Source: Paraspadella gotoi (Eukaryota; Animalia; Chaetognatha). From it: a stretch of 64,000 nucleotides of DNA. Location: assembly GCA_051294375.1 (NCBI GenBank), contig JBJCIZ010000744.1, positions 2,055,252-2,119,251 on the forward strand, in the 5' to 3' direction. Shown here piece after piece: positions 28,730-41,214 of this stretch; position 1 is the first letter of the stretch; each line of letters starts with the position of its first letter. A program made the position numbers and the translations under genes. Below the pieces are notes generated by a model. The model had not been told where the DNA came from and ran no database searches. It worked only from the letters and a program-made list of their open reading frames with translations.

Positions 28730-30089
28730 CGCCTTCCCTCTTAAAGCGTCGGATCATTGGTATTCCAGTTGGAAATGCCAATGCCAATGCGCATTCAAGA
28801 CCAGATGAAATCCTTTAGGGAATAAAATGGCGCAGAAGAGACGATGGCCGCCGTTCATGACGCCCTGGAGATGACGGACTACAGTTCGGCAGAACGACGT
28901 CGGCTAAGGCCGAAAGGACGGACGAATTGCAAGCCCAGACTTGACGAATGTCCTAGTTGTAAGTCGTAAAAAAGTAGGCTTAGTCTTTGTAGTTGCTTGT
29001 TGCTGTTAAGAAGTCCTGGCAAAGAATAACAAAACATTATCAAAAAAATATATAAATATAATAATATAACAACTATAAATATAAAAACTAGTACAACCAA
29101 TAGAAAAAATTACTCATTCTATAAAAATTGTAGAAAAAAGTAAATCAATCACCGGCCTGCCGCCTAGTTCCCGTTGTAAGGGGAAAAACTGTGACAATTA
29201 AAATGCTGATTCTTTATTTAGTTTATTGCCAGATCATAAACGGCAACTCTTCTCAATTTGATTTAAACTCTTCTCTTCTTAAAAAGCTTCTTAAGTCTTT
29301 AGTGCATTAAATAAAAATTAACTTAAATTCCTTTTTATTAAATAATATAAAATTGTATCATAATTAGCTTAAATGCTAAATATTGAGTGAATTGCAATGA
29401 CCGATTTTTAAAGTGATTAAAAAACACAATGTGGAAAAACGCTGAAAATCACTTCTGAAAACACTTTTTGGAAAATATACTTCTGCTGAACACCAACACA
29501 CTGACGAACGCTTTACTCTGTAACTGAAAAACACAACTAAAACCGACGTCTTAAATATCTTTTTCTCACTTAGTTATTCCCAAAAGCCGGAGGAACCCGC
29601 ATAACTTAAACAAATATCGCGTTTCGCGAGATCTTAGTTACAATCTTTTAACTTTCATTGGATTGTGTTGAAAAGTAAGGGCTCTACGACTTTTATTCGA
29701 TAATATTATTACTAATATTTTTGGGTTACAGTAAATCCATTTTTAACACCATTCATTGATAAATCTTATAATTACTTTGTTATTTTGAGTGATAAAGAAA
29801 ATTTATAGTAAAAGAGTGAAAAGCAAAAACTAAGAGAAACTTTAGGAGAAGAGAAGAAAAAGAGCCTGAAGCGGTTATTTTCGAGTCTTTCGCACCCTAG
29901 ACCGCGACGATCGCCCGTCGGTAGAGAAAGAGAGATCTCGCTCATTTTCCGAGTCACCGACGCGGATGACCTCCGACCTTCGACCGGCGGTAGAGAGAGA
30001 GGAGCGGAAGGAGAGGAAAGCCTTTGGTCGTCTCGCGGCTCGGTCGATTGTCGACCAAACCCCATGCTCTCTCTCTTCTCTCTCTCTTT

Positions 30090-30207
<118 letters not shown>

Positions 30208-30228
30208 CTCTCTTTCTCTCAACCGTCG

Positions 30229-30301
<73 letters not shown>

Positions 30302-30738
30302 ACTCTCCTCACGCACTAACCCTTTCTGGCGACTCTCTCCGAAGGATCACTCATTTTTACAGCGGTTCATTAATTTTTTCATTCCATCTTTACGAGTTCT
30401 GGAGGGAGAAGGGAAGTCAGTATTTGAATCCGGGTTGAGTCTCAAGTTGTTTTGTATTAGGATATGTGGCAGGACATGAGATTTACATAGTCACAGTTTA
30501 AGAACAAACTAGTCAAATGACATTGTGACACACGTACTGCCTTTTTTTATCCTACTTTTAAGTATTAAGTCGAGGAATATTATATTGTACTCTGCATTAG
30601 CATGAAGATACAGGTAACTGATTTGGTTCAACTAATATCAATTTTAATTTATACATTGTTTTTAAATATTGTCAGTTCCCTTATTTGTAAAACATTTTCA
30701 ATTCGCTCGTTCTTCAAAAAAGAACCTTACTCCCTTTA

Positions 30739-30825
<87 letters not shown>

Positions 30826-30829
30826 TCTC

Positions 30830-31128
30830 TCTCATAAAGCTTCCTTTCTTCCCTCCTCTCTTCATACCACTCACCCAATATTTATTAACCCAACCCTACT
30901 CTAAAAAATCCAATTTGCTCCCCCTGACAGAATTCTTTGTTTTATCAACTATTTTTCTTTTTTTCTTTTTCGACAGAAGTGTGTGTAACCAAGACTTTTC
31001 TCCTTTTTGGTTTCTTAATAAAAAATTCATTTCCTCAATAAAAAAGGGATTTTTTTATTTTTTTCAAAACTTAAAAACTTAAAAAAGTTAAAAAGCTCGA
31101 TGTTATCTGGTTATTCTTCGTCTATGCT

Positions 31129-31184
<56 letters not shown>

Positions 31185-31330
31185 TCTCTCTCCTCTCTTC
31201 TCTCTCTTCTCTCCCTCTCTCCCCTTTCGCTTTTTTTCCATATTCGGCTTATATACTCTTTTTGTCTGCCACCAAAAGTTAGCCTCTTCTTTCTGAGAGC
31301 CATTTATGCGCCAACGGTCGAGAGCTTTCC

Positions 31331-31417
<87 letters not shown>

Positions 31418-32849
31418 CCCCTCCCTCCCCTTTCCTTCTTTCCTGATCTATTCGAAATTCAAAGGCTGCGTTCTATTTGAATGGACAGACGCGATGGTAA
31501 GTAATCAGATTTGCAGCTTTCAGCCGACGGCAAGCCCTCGCCCCTCGCCCCTCGCCCTCGCCCGCGCCTCGCCCCTCGCTCCTAGACCCTACCCTCCGAC
31601 TGGGAGGACCGCTCGGATGTTCTCTTCAATTGACAACACTCTCCCGTCACAGCGATTATAATAAAAATATTTGAAAGACTTTAAAAAATTGTATCTAAAA
31701 TTTATCATTCAAACTAATTAAAATTGTAAAAAATGTCGAGTCGCCAAGTATTATATAATTTTTTTCTTTTCTAAAGATTAATGATAAAACGTCGTCCTCA
31801 GTTCGAGTCATGACATGACATGACATGGCCGTCACCTTGACAACCATTCCGTGCGATCGCCTCATCCTTCACATCTAATCTCCTTTCTGTGGCTTCACTT
31901 TTAATCCTCTACTTATCTTATTCTTCTAATTTTTTCCTTCTTCCTCTCCCTCTCTCTTCTCCCCCTTTTCACTCTCTCCCTCTCTCTCTGTCTCCCCCAT
32001 TTCCACTCTCTCCCTCTTCTCTCCTCTTCCAACTACTCCCTCCTCGGGAAACGCCATTTTTTTTGTCGTCCATCTTTATGGACGTTCGAAACAATTAATG
32101 GCGAGCGATTGCTTTCGTGCCACGGCCAATCCGGGGAGAAAGAGAGAGAGAGAGAGAGGGAGAGACGAGAGAGGGGAGAGAGAGAGAGAGAGAGCAGAAG
32201 AGAGAGAGAGACAGAAAAATTTTTTTCATAAACCAAACACATAAAAAGAATATTTATACATACTAATCTAAACAAAAACCTGGGTCTTAGACCATCATAG
32301 TTGAAAGATTGTGGGAAAGGAATTCGGTAAATTAACCTGTTTACTATTTTAAATATAAAAAATTATCTCTTAAGATTCAAATATAGTTGAATTCAATATT
32401 AATTTTGAGAAGTCCCATTTGAAGAAATAAATTGTATTCATTCACTATGTATTTGGTCATCAGTCAGTCTTCTTTAATACAATCGTAAGTTAATGATCAT
32501 CGCAATCAAGTTGACTTCAGTCACGAATTCACAAATTTCTATTCCAACTTTTGTTGTGAATCAGAAGCGATAGAAAAAAATATGTTGACCTACGCATCTT
32601 TTTTTCTCTCTGTTGCTGATTCGTGATTATTAAACGGATCATTACGGACTCGCTTTCCCCACGCTTTCTCACTCGTCAAACTGAACCCGCCTATTCACAT
32701 CGACCCTCGAACCGTTACCTTACCATCCCAACACCAGTTCCCCCTGACCAACATCTCGACCTCACCTTTAGTTTCTTCACCGGCAGTCTATTTCCCTTCG
32801 AGTCAACGAAGGATGATTAAGAGAAAATAGGAAATCACCGCATTTCCTA

Positions 32850-32904
<55 letters not shown>

Positions 32905-33643
32905 TTCCTGATCTATTCGAAATTCAAAGGCTGCGTTCTATTTGAATGGACAGACGCGATGGTAAGTAATCAGATTTGCAGCTTCAGCCGACGGCAAGCC
33001 CTCGCCCCTCGCCCCTCGCCCCTCGCCCCTCGCCCCTCGACCCTACCTTCCGACTGGCAGGACCCGCTCGGAGGGTCTCTTCAATTGACAACACTCTCCC
33101 GTCACAGCGAATTATAATACAAATATTTGAAAACTTTAAAGAAATTGTAATCTAAAATTTATCATTCAAACTAATTAAAATTGTAAAAAATGTTCGAGTC
33201 GCCAAGTATTATAGAATTTTTTTTCTTTTCTAAAGATTAAATGATAAACGTTCGTCCTCAGTTCGAGTCATGACATGACATGACATGACATGGCCGTCAC
33301 CTTGACAACCATTTCCGTGCGATCGCCTCATCCTTCACATCTAATCTCCTTTCTGTGGCTTCACTTTTAATCCTCTACTTATCTTATTCTTCTAATTTTT
33401 TTCCTTCTTCCTCTCCCTCTCTCTCTCCCCCTTTTCACTCTCTCCCTCTCTCTCTNNNNNNNNNNNNNNNNNNNNNNNNNCTCTTCAACTGACTTCCCTC
33501 CCCCGGTAAAAACGCCCATTTTTTTTGTCGTATCTTTATGGATCGTTCGAAACAAATTAATGGCGAGCGATTGTTTCTGCCACGGCCAAATACCGGGGAA
33601 GAAAGAGAGAGAGAGAGAGAGGGAGAGAGAGAAGACGAGGACG

Positions 33644-33680
<37 letters not shown>

Positions 33681-36383
33681 CAGAAAAATTTTTTTTCATA
33701 AACCAATAAACACAAAAAAAGGAATATTTTATTATCAATACTAATCTAAACAAAAACCTGGGTTATAGATATCTAGTTGAAAGATTGTGGGAAAAGGACA
33801 GATTCGGGTAAATTAACCTAGTTTACTATTTTAATAGAAAGTCCCATTGAACCGGGGGGTCTTGGAGGAACTTAAATTGTGTATGCATTCAGCGTATTTG
33901 TAATTTTTGGTTCAGTTGTGGGAAAGAATTCGGTAAATTACTGTTTACTATTTAAATATAAAAAATTATCTCTTAAGATTCAAATATAGTTTAATTCAAT
34001 ATTAATTTCTGAGAAGTCCCGTTGTACCGGGGGGCTTGGAAGAAATTAAATTGTATCATTCACTATTTGTATTTTGGTTCAGTCAGTCAGTCTCTTTAAT
34101 ACAATCGAATGTAATGGATCATCGCGAATCAAGTTTGACTTCAGTCACGAATTCACAAATTTCTATTTCCAACTTTTGTGAATCAGAAGCGAATAGAAAA
34201 AAAAAATGTTGACCTACGCATCTTTTTTTTTCTCTGTTGCTGATTTCGTGATTTTCACGGATCATCACGTGACTCGCTTTCCCCACCGCTTTCTCACTCG
34301 TCAAACTGACCCGCCTATTCACATCGACCCCTCGAACCTTACCTTACCATCCCAACCCATTCCCCATGACCACATCTCGACCTCACCCTTTAGTTTCCTC
34401 ACCGGNNNNNNNNNNNNNNNNNNNNNNNNNNNNNNNNNNNNNNNNNNNNNNNNNNNNNNNNNNNNNNNNNNNNNNNNNNNNNNNNNNNNNNNNNNNNNNN
34501 NNNNNNNNNNNNNNNNNNNNNNNNNNNNNNNNNNNNNNNNNNNNNNNNNNNNNNNNNNNNNNNNNNNNNNNNNNNNNNNNNNNNNNNNNNNNNNNNNNNN
34601 NNNNNNNNNNNNNNNNNNNNNNNNNNNNNNNNNNNNNNNNTCTCTCTCTCTCTCTCTCTCTCCGTCATTTTTCGATGACGCAGAATCGAGAGACGTCACG
34701 TCACCGCCCGGCGTCAAAGTCCTTCCCAATTCGGACCCTCTTTAATTTCCGCGATTGTCAGCGAAAAAATTGACGCTGATTGGCTAGAATCTTGAGGACC
34801 GACTTGTTGATTGGTCGCTCATTGTCTCGAGTCGCCGATTGGCTGGGATCTATAAAANNNNNNNNNNNNNNNNNNNNNNNNNGAGAGAAGAGAGAAGAGG
34901 AGAGAGAGAGAGAGAGATAGGAAATGCCGGGGAATTTCTATTTTCTTCTTCCATCATCATTCGTTGACTCGAGGGGAAAATAGACTCCGTGTGAGGAAAC
35001 TAAAGGGTGAGGTCGAGATGTGGGTCATGGGGAATGGGTTGGGATGGTAAGGGTAAGGTTCGAGGGGTCGATGTGAATCGGCGGGTCAGTTTGACGAGTG
35101 AGAAAAGCGTGGTGGGGAAAGCGAGTCCACGTGATGATCCGTGAAAATCAACGAAAATCAGCAACAGAGAAAAAAAAAGATGCGTAGGTCAACATTTTTT
35201 TTTTTCTATTCGCTTCTGAATTCACAAAAGTTGGAAATAAGAAATTTGTGAATTCGTGACTGAAGTCAAACTTGATTCGCGATGATCCATTACATTCGAT
35301 TGTATTAAAGAGACTGACTGACTGAACCAAATACAAATAGTGGAATGATACAATTTAAATTTTCCTGCCAACGGACCGGGCTCAGAAATTAATTGCTTAC
35401 TAATTTGAGAGATAATTTTTCTATTTAAATAGTAAACAGTAATTTACCGCGAATTCTTTCCACAATCATATATCGGTCTATCCCAGGTTTTTTGTTTAGA
35501 TTTAGTATTGATAAAATATTCTTTTTATGGTTTTTTTATGGAAAATATTTTTCTGTCTCTCTCTCTCTCTCTCTCGTCTCTCTCTCTGCCCCTCTCTCAT
35601 CTCTCTCTCTCATCGTCTCTCTCCTCTCTCTCGTTCTTCTCCGGTTTGGCCGTGGCAGAACAATCGCTCGCATAATTCGAACGTCCATAAAGATACGACA
35701 AAAAAAAAATGGGCGTCCACGGAGGAAGGGAGTCAGGTTGGAAGAGGGAGAGAGAGAGGGAGAGAGTGGAAATGGGGGGAGAGAGAGAGAGAGGGAGAGA
35801 GTGAAAAGGGGGAGAGGAGAGGGAAGAAGGAAAAAATTAGAAGAATAGAGATAAGTAGAGGATTAAAGTGAAAGCGCACAGAAAGGAGATTAAGATGTGA
35901 AGGATGAAGGGCGATCGCACGGAAAATGGTTGTCAAGGTGACGGCCATGTCATGTCATGTCATGTCATGACTGCGAACTGAGGACGAACGTTTATCATTT
36001 AATCTTTAGAAAAAGAAAAAAAATTCTATAATACTTGGCGACTGCGAACATTTTTTTAGACAAATAATTTTAAATTTTAGTTTGAATGATAAATTTTAGA
36101 ATTACAATTTCTTTTAAAGTTTTCAAATATTTTGTATTATAAATTCGGCTGTGACGGGAGAGTGTTGTCCAATTGAAGAGACCTCGCGAGCGGGTCCTGC
36201 CAGTCGGAAGGTAGGGTCGAGGAGGCGAGGGGCGAGGGGCGAGGGGCGAGGGGCGAGGGGCGGAGGGGCTTGCCCGTCGCCTGAAGCTGCAAATCTGATT
36301 ACTTACCATCGCGTCTGTCCATTCAAAATAGAACGCAGCCTTTGAATTTCGAATAGATCAGGAAAAGAAGGAAAGGGGAGGGG

Positions 36384-36465
<82 letters not shown>

Positions 36466-36602
36466 AAGCTCCGACGCGTTGGCGCATAAATGGCTCCTCA
36501 GAAAAGAAGAGGCAAACTTTTGTGGCAGACAAAAAGAGTATATAAGCCGAATATGGAAAAAAAAGCGAAAGAGGGAGAGAGGGAGAGAGAGAGAGGAGAG
36601 AT

Positions 36603-36677
<75 letters not shown>

Positions 36678-37022
36678 AAAAGATAACGCGAGATATACCA
36701 GATACATCAGGGAGCTTTTTTATAAACTTTTTAATGGTTTTAAGTTTTGAAAAAATATAAGAAAAAAAAAAGTCCGCCTTTTTTTATTGAGGAAATGAAA
36801 TTTTTTATTTAAGAAAGCACAAAAAGGAGAAAAGTCTTGGTTACAGAAGACCTTGCTGTCGAAAAAAAAGAAAGAAAAGAAAAATAAGTTTTGATAAAAC
36901 TAAAGAATGTCTGTCAGGGGGAGCAAATTGGATTTTTTAAGAGTAGGGTTGGGTTAAATAAAAAGTATATGGGGTGAGTGGTATGAAAAGAGAGGAGGAA
37001 AGAAGAGGGAAGTCGTTTATGA

Positions 37023-37030
<8 letters not shown>
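30830..37030. repeat. Large inverted duplication (30830-32860 vs 34900-37030) with an additional direct copy (about 32900-34405 of about 31435-32785)
   Basis: Long collinear reverse-complement matches, e.g. catgacatgacatggccgtcaccttgacaacc at about 31815 and 33285 vs ggttgtcaaggtgacggccatgtcatg at about 35928. Copies differ mainly by 1-nt indels. Confidence 0.9.
34771..34857 (+). promoter_or_regulatory. Three reverse CCAAT boxes (ATTGG) at about 30-bp spacing followed by TATAAAA
   Basis: ATTGG at 34779, 34810 and 34838; TATAAAA at 34851; upstream GACGTCACGTCAC at about 34692. No transcript evidence. Confidence 0.35.
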
Positions 37031-37081
<51 letters not shown>

Positions 37082-37164
37082 ATTTAATTTAAATTTTTAA
37101 TTTAATTAATTACAATTGCAATCAAAAGTTACCTCACCTTCTTTTTTCTCCCTCACTCCACCAG

Positions 37165-37374
37165 GGAAAGTGCCAACGCAAAGACCCGCCCTGCAAGTAC
37201 CTTCACCCGCCGCAGCATCTTCGCGAGCAGCTGCTGGCCAACGGACGCAACAACCTGATCCTTAAAAACACCGCGGCGATGCTGGCGGCGCAGCAGGCCG
37301 CTGCGGTGTCCGCGCACGTTCCTTACCATCAGGCGGCCATCATCTCCGCCGCGACGGGGATGCAGCCGCAGGTG
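37165..37374 (+). CDS. mbl: mbl exon: C-terminal half of ZnF2 plus start of linker (GKCQRKDPPCKYLHPPQHLREQLLANGRNNLILKN...MQPQV, 70 aa)
   Basis: Acceptor ctccaccag|GGA and donor GTG|gtaagt; 210 nt, phase 0-0. The C-x-C-x3-H tail and the HPP.HL..QL..NGRNNL motif are typical of MBNL. Confidence 0.96.
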
Positions 37375-37520
37375 GTAAGTTATGGGAAAGGAAGGGAAGG
37401 GAAATTGTGAAGATGGATGATCTAGATATGGTCTAGGTCTCGATCTAGGTCTAGGACAAGGAGTCGGGGATTTATAGTAGTGATTCTATATTATGAGTCG
37501 TTATTTTCTTTTCTTCGGCC

Positions 37521-37560
<40 letters not shown>

Positions 37561-37593
37561 CTGTTAAAACAATCCCTTTTTTAACCACTACAG

Positions 37594-37670
37594 GGAGGAA
37601 ACCTCTTGGCCCCAGGGTACAATCCATACTTGAGCTCCACCCACGGACCCACGGCCCTTTCCCTCCACAG
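37594..37670 (+). CDS. mbl: mbl linker exon (GGNLLAPGYNPYLSSTHGPTALSLH)
   Basis: Acceptor actacag|GGA and donor AG|gtaaac; 77 nt, phase 0-2. Contains the NPYL motif found in MBNL linkers. Confidence 0.85.
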
Positions 37671-37755
37671 GTAAACGCGATAAAAAAAAATCAATAAATC
37701 AATCAAAATCAATAAATCAATCAATTTAAAAACAATGTATATTCAATATTGGTAA

Positions 37756-37813
<58 letters not shown>

Positions 37814-37846
37814 TGACTAATAAATATTTTTTTAAATTGTCTTCAG

Positions 37847-37932
37847 TGCTCTAGTCCCTCACCATGGACATCAGTCTAGTAATCAGCCCACGAGCGGCGC
37901 TGCTCCCGGCTACGCCCACCAGCAGCCGCAAG
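37847..37932 (+). CDS. mbl: mbl linker exon (ALVPHHGHQSSNQPTSGAAPGYAHQQPQ)
   Basis: Acceptor cttcag|T with a gactaat branch candidate about 30 nt upstream; donor CAAG|gtaagg. 86 nt, phase 2-1, compatible with the previous exon. GC-rich island in an AT-rich intron. Confidence 0.75.
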
Positions 37933-38210
37933 GTAAGGCTCTCTGATTTATTTATTTATTTATTTATTCATTTGTTTTTTAGTATGTATGTTTATGTATG
38001 TATTTTGATTGTTTCATTTGTTTATTTGATTATCAGTTCATTGTTTCATTTTTTTATTTGTTTCATTAGTTTATTGGTTTATGCTTTCATTGATTTTCAT
38101 AATTAGTATGAAGAGAAAACATTTTTCGTAATTTATTATATAATATTTGTTTATTTATTTATTTATTTAATTTTTTTTTCTTTTAAAATTTTCCGTTTTT
38201 TCCTCGGCAG

Positions 38211-38322
38211 GCCAGAGTGATGGCAGCACTGCCCAACACCAACTAGTCCAACAACCAATCAATGTGATCCATCTCCTTCAATTGTGAATGCCCAAAAACT
38301 TCAGCGCACTGATAGGCTGGAG
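38211..38322 (+). CDS. mbl: mbl linker exon ending IVNAQKLQRTDRLE (apparent 1-nt frameshift near 38269)
   Basis: Acceptor cctcggcag|GC and donor GAG|gtgagt. The 3' end encodes the conserved QKL.RTDRLE that precedes ZnF3. The entry frame reaches TGA unless one C is added at 'atccatct'. Confidence 0.88.
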
Positions 38323-39344
38323 GTGAGTTCCCTCCGTTTAAACTTACCTAAACCGGTATATTAGTTTCATTTTTTTTTGTTATTGGTAATTAAGTTCCAG
38401 ACTAGAGACAAAATGCTCTTTGGTTCTTTATTTAACGTTTTTTGTTTTAGAGTCAGTAAAAGTATAAATATTAAAATATTTATATTAAAACGAATCATTG
38501 ATTAAAAGCGAATATTAGAAATCCGTAGAAATGAAACAATGAATAATGATGAGCTCTAGATGGAATCGAATCTTACGATTGTTAAATATTTGTATCTGTT
38601 TTCCCCACTAATGATTATATAATAGAACAACAAAATTCAAACTTCAAATCTAAAAAAGAAAAAGATGATGAAAATTTAAAGATATTCTGGAGCTGATCCT
38701 GGAGCTTGCTTAATAATAATATAATATAATAATATAATATATAATACTTATATCTCCTCATTAATAAAACAAGGTAAATTTTTTTTTTTATCAAAACTCT
38801 AGTTTGAGATAAAAGGAAAAGTTGACATTCAATATTTGAACTATTTAAATTTTAATTTTTTCTCTTATTTAAAAAAAATTTAACTATTAATTCATTAAAA
38901 TTTAATGATTTGAAACGTTTTATACAAAGAGAGATACACTCTCCCCCCCCCCCTCAACTCGTTTCCACCGTCCGATGACTAATACCTAAAATTAATAACT
39001 TCATTTCCAAAGCAGCGCAACTTTTTTGCACAAAACGAATTCTTGACGCAAGATTAGATTAGTTTCACTTTTTTTTTATTACATGCAACATCAACCCAAA
39101 TATATATTTATAAAAAAAAGTTTATTAATCCATTTTTTTGCACTTTTCTTGCGCCGCTGCATTCTGTCTTTTTTCTGTATTTTTAGCTCCAAAAAATTTT
39201 TCCATGTGCGATTTTCGCTTTATTTTTCTCTCTCTTTCTCTCGCTCTAATTTGAAAATAAAAAAAAAAAGATTATGAGTACAAATTAAAGTTAGTACCAT
39301 CTTAGAAATAAAAAAAAATCATTGGATTTTATTATAAACGATAG

Positions 39345-39554
39345 ATTTACATATACCATTTCGTCTAAATTGGTACTCAACTAACACACAAATTATTGTT
39401 TTTTCTTCATTCTTTCTTCTCTCTTGTTTTTTCGTCCGCTGTTTTTGCCAACCGCTTCGAAATTCCCGCTACATTTTGATGGCCGCTTAAAAAAAAAAAA
39501 AAAAAAAAAAAACCGGGCACGCACTATTTTCGTTTTCTCTACTCTCTCTACTCT

Positions 39555-39613
<59 letters not shown>

Positions 39614-39624
39614 AAAACAAAAAG
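39345..39624 (+). promoter_or_regulatory. AG-exclusion zone with distant branch point (ACTAAC 39380-39385), polypyrimidine tract and YGCY cluster upstream of the ZnF3-4 exon
   Basis: No AG between 39345 and 39622. CTAAC is followed by a pyrimidine tract at about 39397-39432. YGCY occurs at 39437, 39446, 39453, 39467 and 39484. Confidence 0.65.
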
Positions 39625-40227
39625 GTATGTCGCGAGTTTCAACGTGGCAATTGCAACCGTTCGCCCTCCGACTGCCGTTACGCCCACCCGCCCGAGTCGA
39701 TCAGCGTAGACGCCTGCGACAACGCAGTCACCGTTTGCATGGACCATTTGAAGGGCAAGTGCTCTCGAGACGCTTGCAAGTATTTCCATCCGCCTCAGCA
39801 CCTACAGGTTCAAATCAAAACCGCGCAGCAGCGGGCCTCGGTCGCCGCGGCCGCCGCTTCGGTCGCCGCGGCCGCCGCGGCGGCCGGAGCGGTCGTCGGC
39901 GGCGGGTCGAAAGGCGGCGGAGGAACGCCCGTCGTTTGCCCGGGGGGCGGAGGGGGATTGGGGTTGGTAGGTAACGCCGGGGCGGGCGCCGCCTCGTGCT
40001 CTGTCGCTAACGCCGCCGCCGCTTCGTCCGCTTCGGCGGCGTCGTCCGTTCGCGCGATCGGCGTCGCCGCCGGCGGCGGCACCGCCACGCCTATAGCACT
40101 TTCCGCCGCTAACCCGGTCGCTGCATCCGTGCCTCTCCCCTCGGCGTCCCACGGCCCAACCTCGGCCGTGGCGGCCGCTCAAGTTGCGCTTGTGGCAGCC
40201 GCTGCTGCTTCTCATGGCTCCACAATG
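39625..40227 (+). CDS. mbl: mbl exon encoding ZnF3 and ZnF4 plus an Ala/Gly-rich tail (201 aa)
   Basis: Translates as [65 protein letters not shown]..., two CCCH fingers. Acceptor aaaag|GTA and donor ATG|gtaggc; 603 nt, phase 0-0. Confidence 0.96.
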
Positions 40228-40327
40228 GTAGGCGACTCTAAGTTTGCCTTTTTTTTTGGTTCTTTTTTTTTTTTCTTTTAAAAATTATTACTTATATCTT
40301 AATTTTTCATTCTCAACTAGTCATTTA

Positions 40328-40432
40328 CGCTCGCATGCTTTTTTTTTTGGCAATTAAAAACAAAAAATAAAAAAGAAATTCAAATTGCTTGGCTTATCTA
40401 AATGAAATTTCCGTTCTTTGCTTGCTAATGCT
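40328..40432 (+). promoter_or_regulatory. Intronic YGCY (Mbl-binding type) cluster downstream of the ZnF3-4 exon
   Basis: CGCT at 40328 and TGCT at 40336, 40386, 40419, 40423 and 40429, plus GCATG at 40333, in an otherwise very AT-rich intron. Confidence 0.55.
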
Positions 40433-41214
40433 TAATGATTATTCATAAATCATATCCTAGTTATATTCGCCCTTTTCCCCTTACATCCCCTAATGTTTTG
40501 CACATTAATTCATACTAAAAAGTTTAGACGTTTTTAATACAATAAAATATTAAGTTTCAACGCTCACCGTTAATACTAGTACACAGTTAATACACAGTTA
40601 ATACTAGTACACAGAAATAGGAAAAAAAAAAAGAGAAATAAGGTCTAATGGGGAAAACAGCTTTTCTAATCAATCCATGCTTTAAATTTATTATTTTGGG
40701 TGATTCTTTATATGAGAGAAGAATTGTTTGGTTTTTTTTTTCTTAAACTTCTTGGAATCAGCAGTGATTTTGACAGATTGATCACCAAGTGTGAATCCTC
40801 GATAGATCACCCGTGATCCGCTGTGATTTAATGAGTCTAGTCTGGAATTTTTTTGCCCACCTCAAAATCGACTGCTGACGGCCATTTTAAGTTATAATGA
40901 TGTCATTTTTAGCATCATTTTTCCATAGATATATAAAAAGTCAGACGCAAAAAATTTAAATAATTAAACTAGAAATTCTTCTTTAATATTCTGCATGTCA
41001 ATTTATTTCTTTGTTTTTTTTTTTTCTCCTTATTTTACACGACGAAATTTCCGTCAATCCGCGACCTTCCTAATTCTGCAATAACCGTCGCTGCAACGAT
41101 GCAATTTCTTTGACTATCTGCAATAATTCTTTGCGAAATCGACGTTTTGATTCGACGAAAACAAAACACTTCTCACACACACACACACACACACATTTTC
41201 ACTCACACATCAAG

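Noticed and set aside
28844-28969. GC-balanced short ORF MAAVHDALEMTDYSSAERRRLRPKGRTNCKPRLDECPSCKS considered as the mbl first exon
   Set aside because: It lacks the WLxLEVCREF and CCCH pattern of ZnF1, has no recognisable homology, and lies in an error-prone region.
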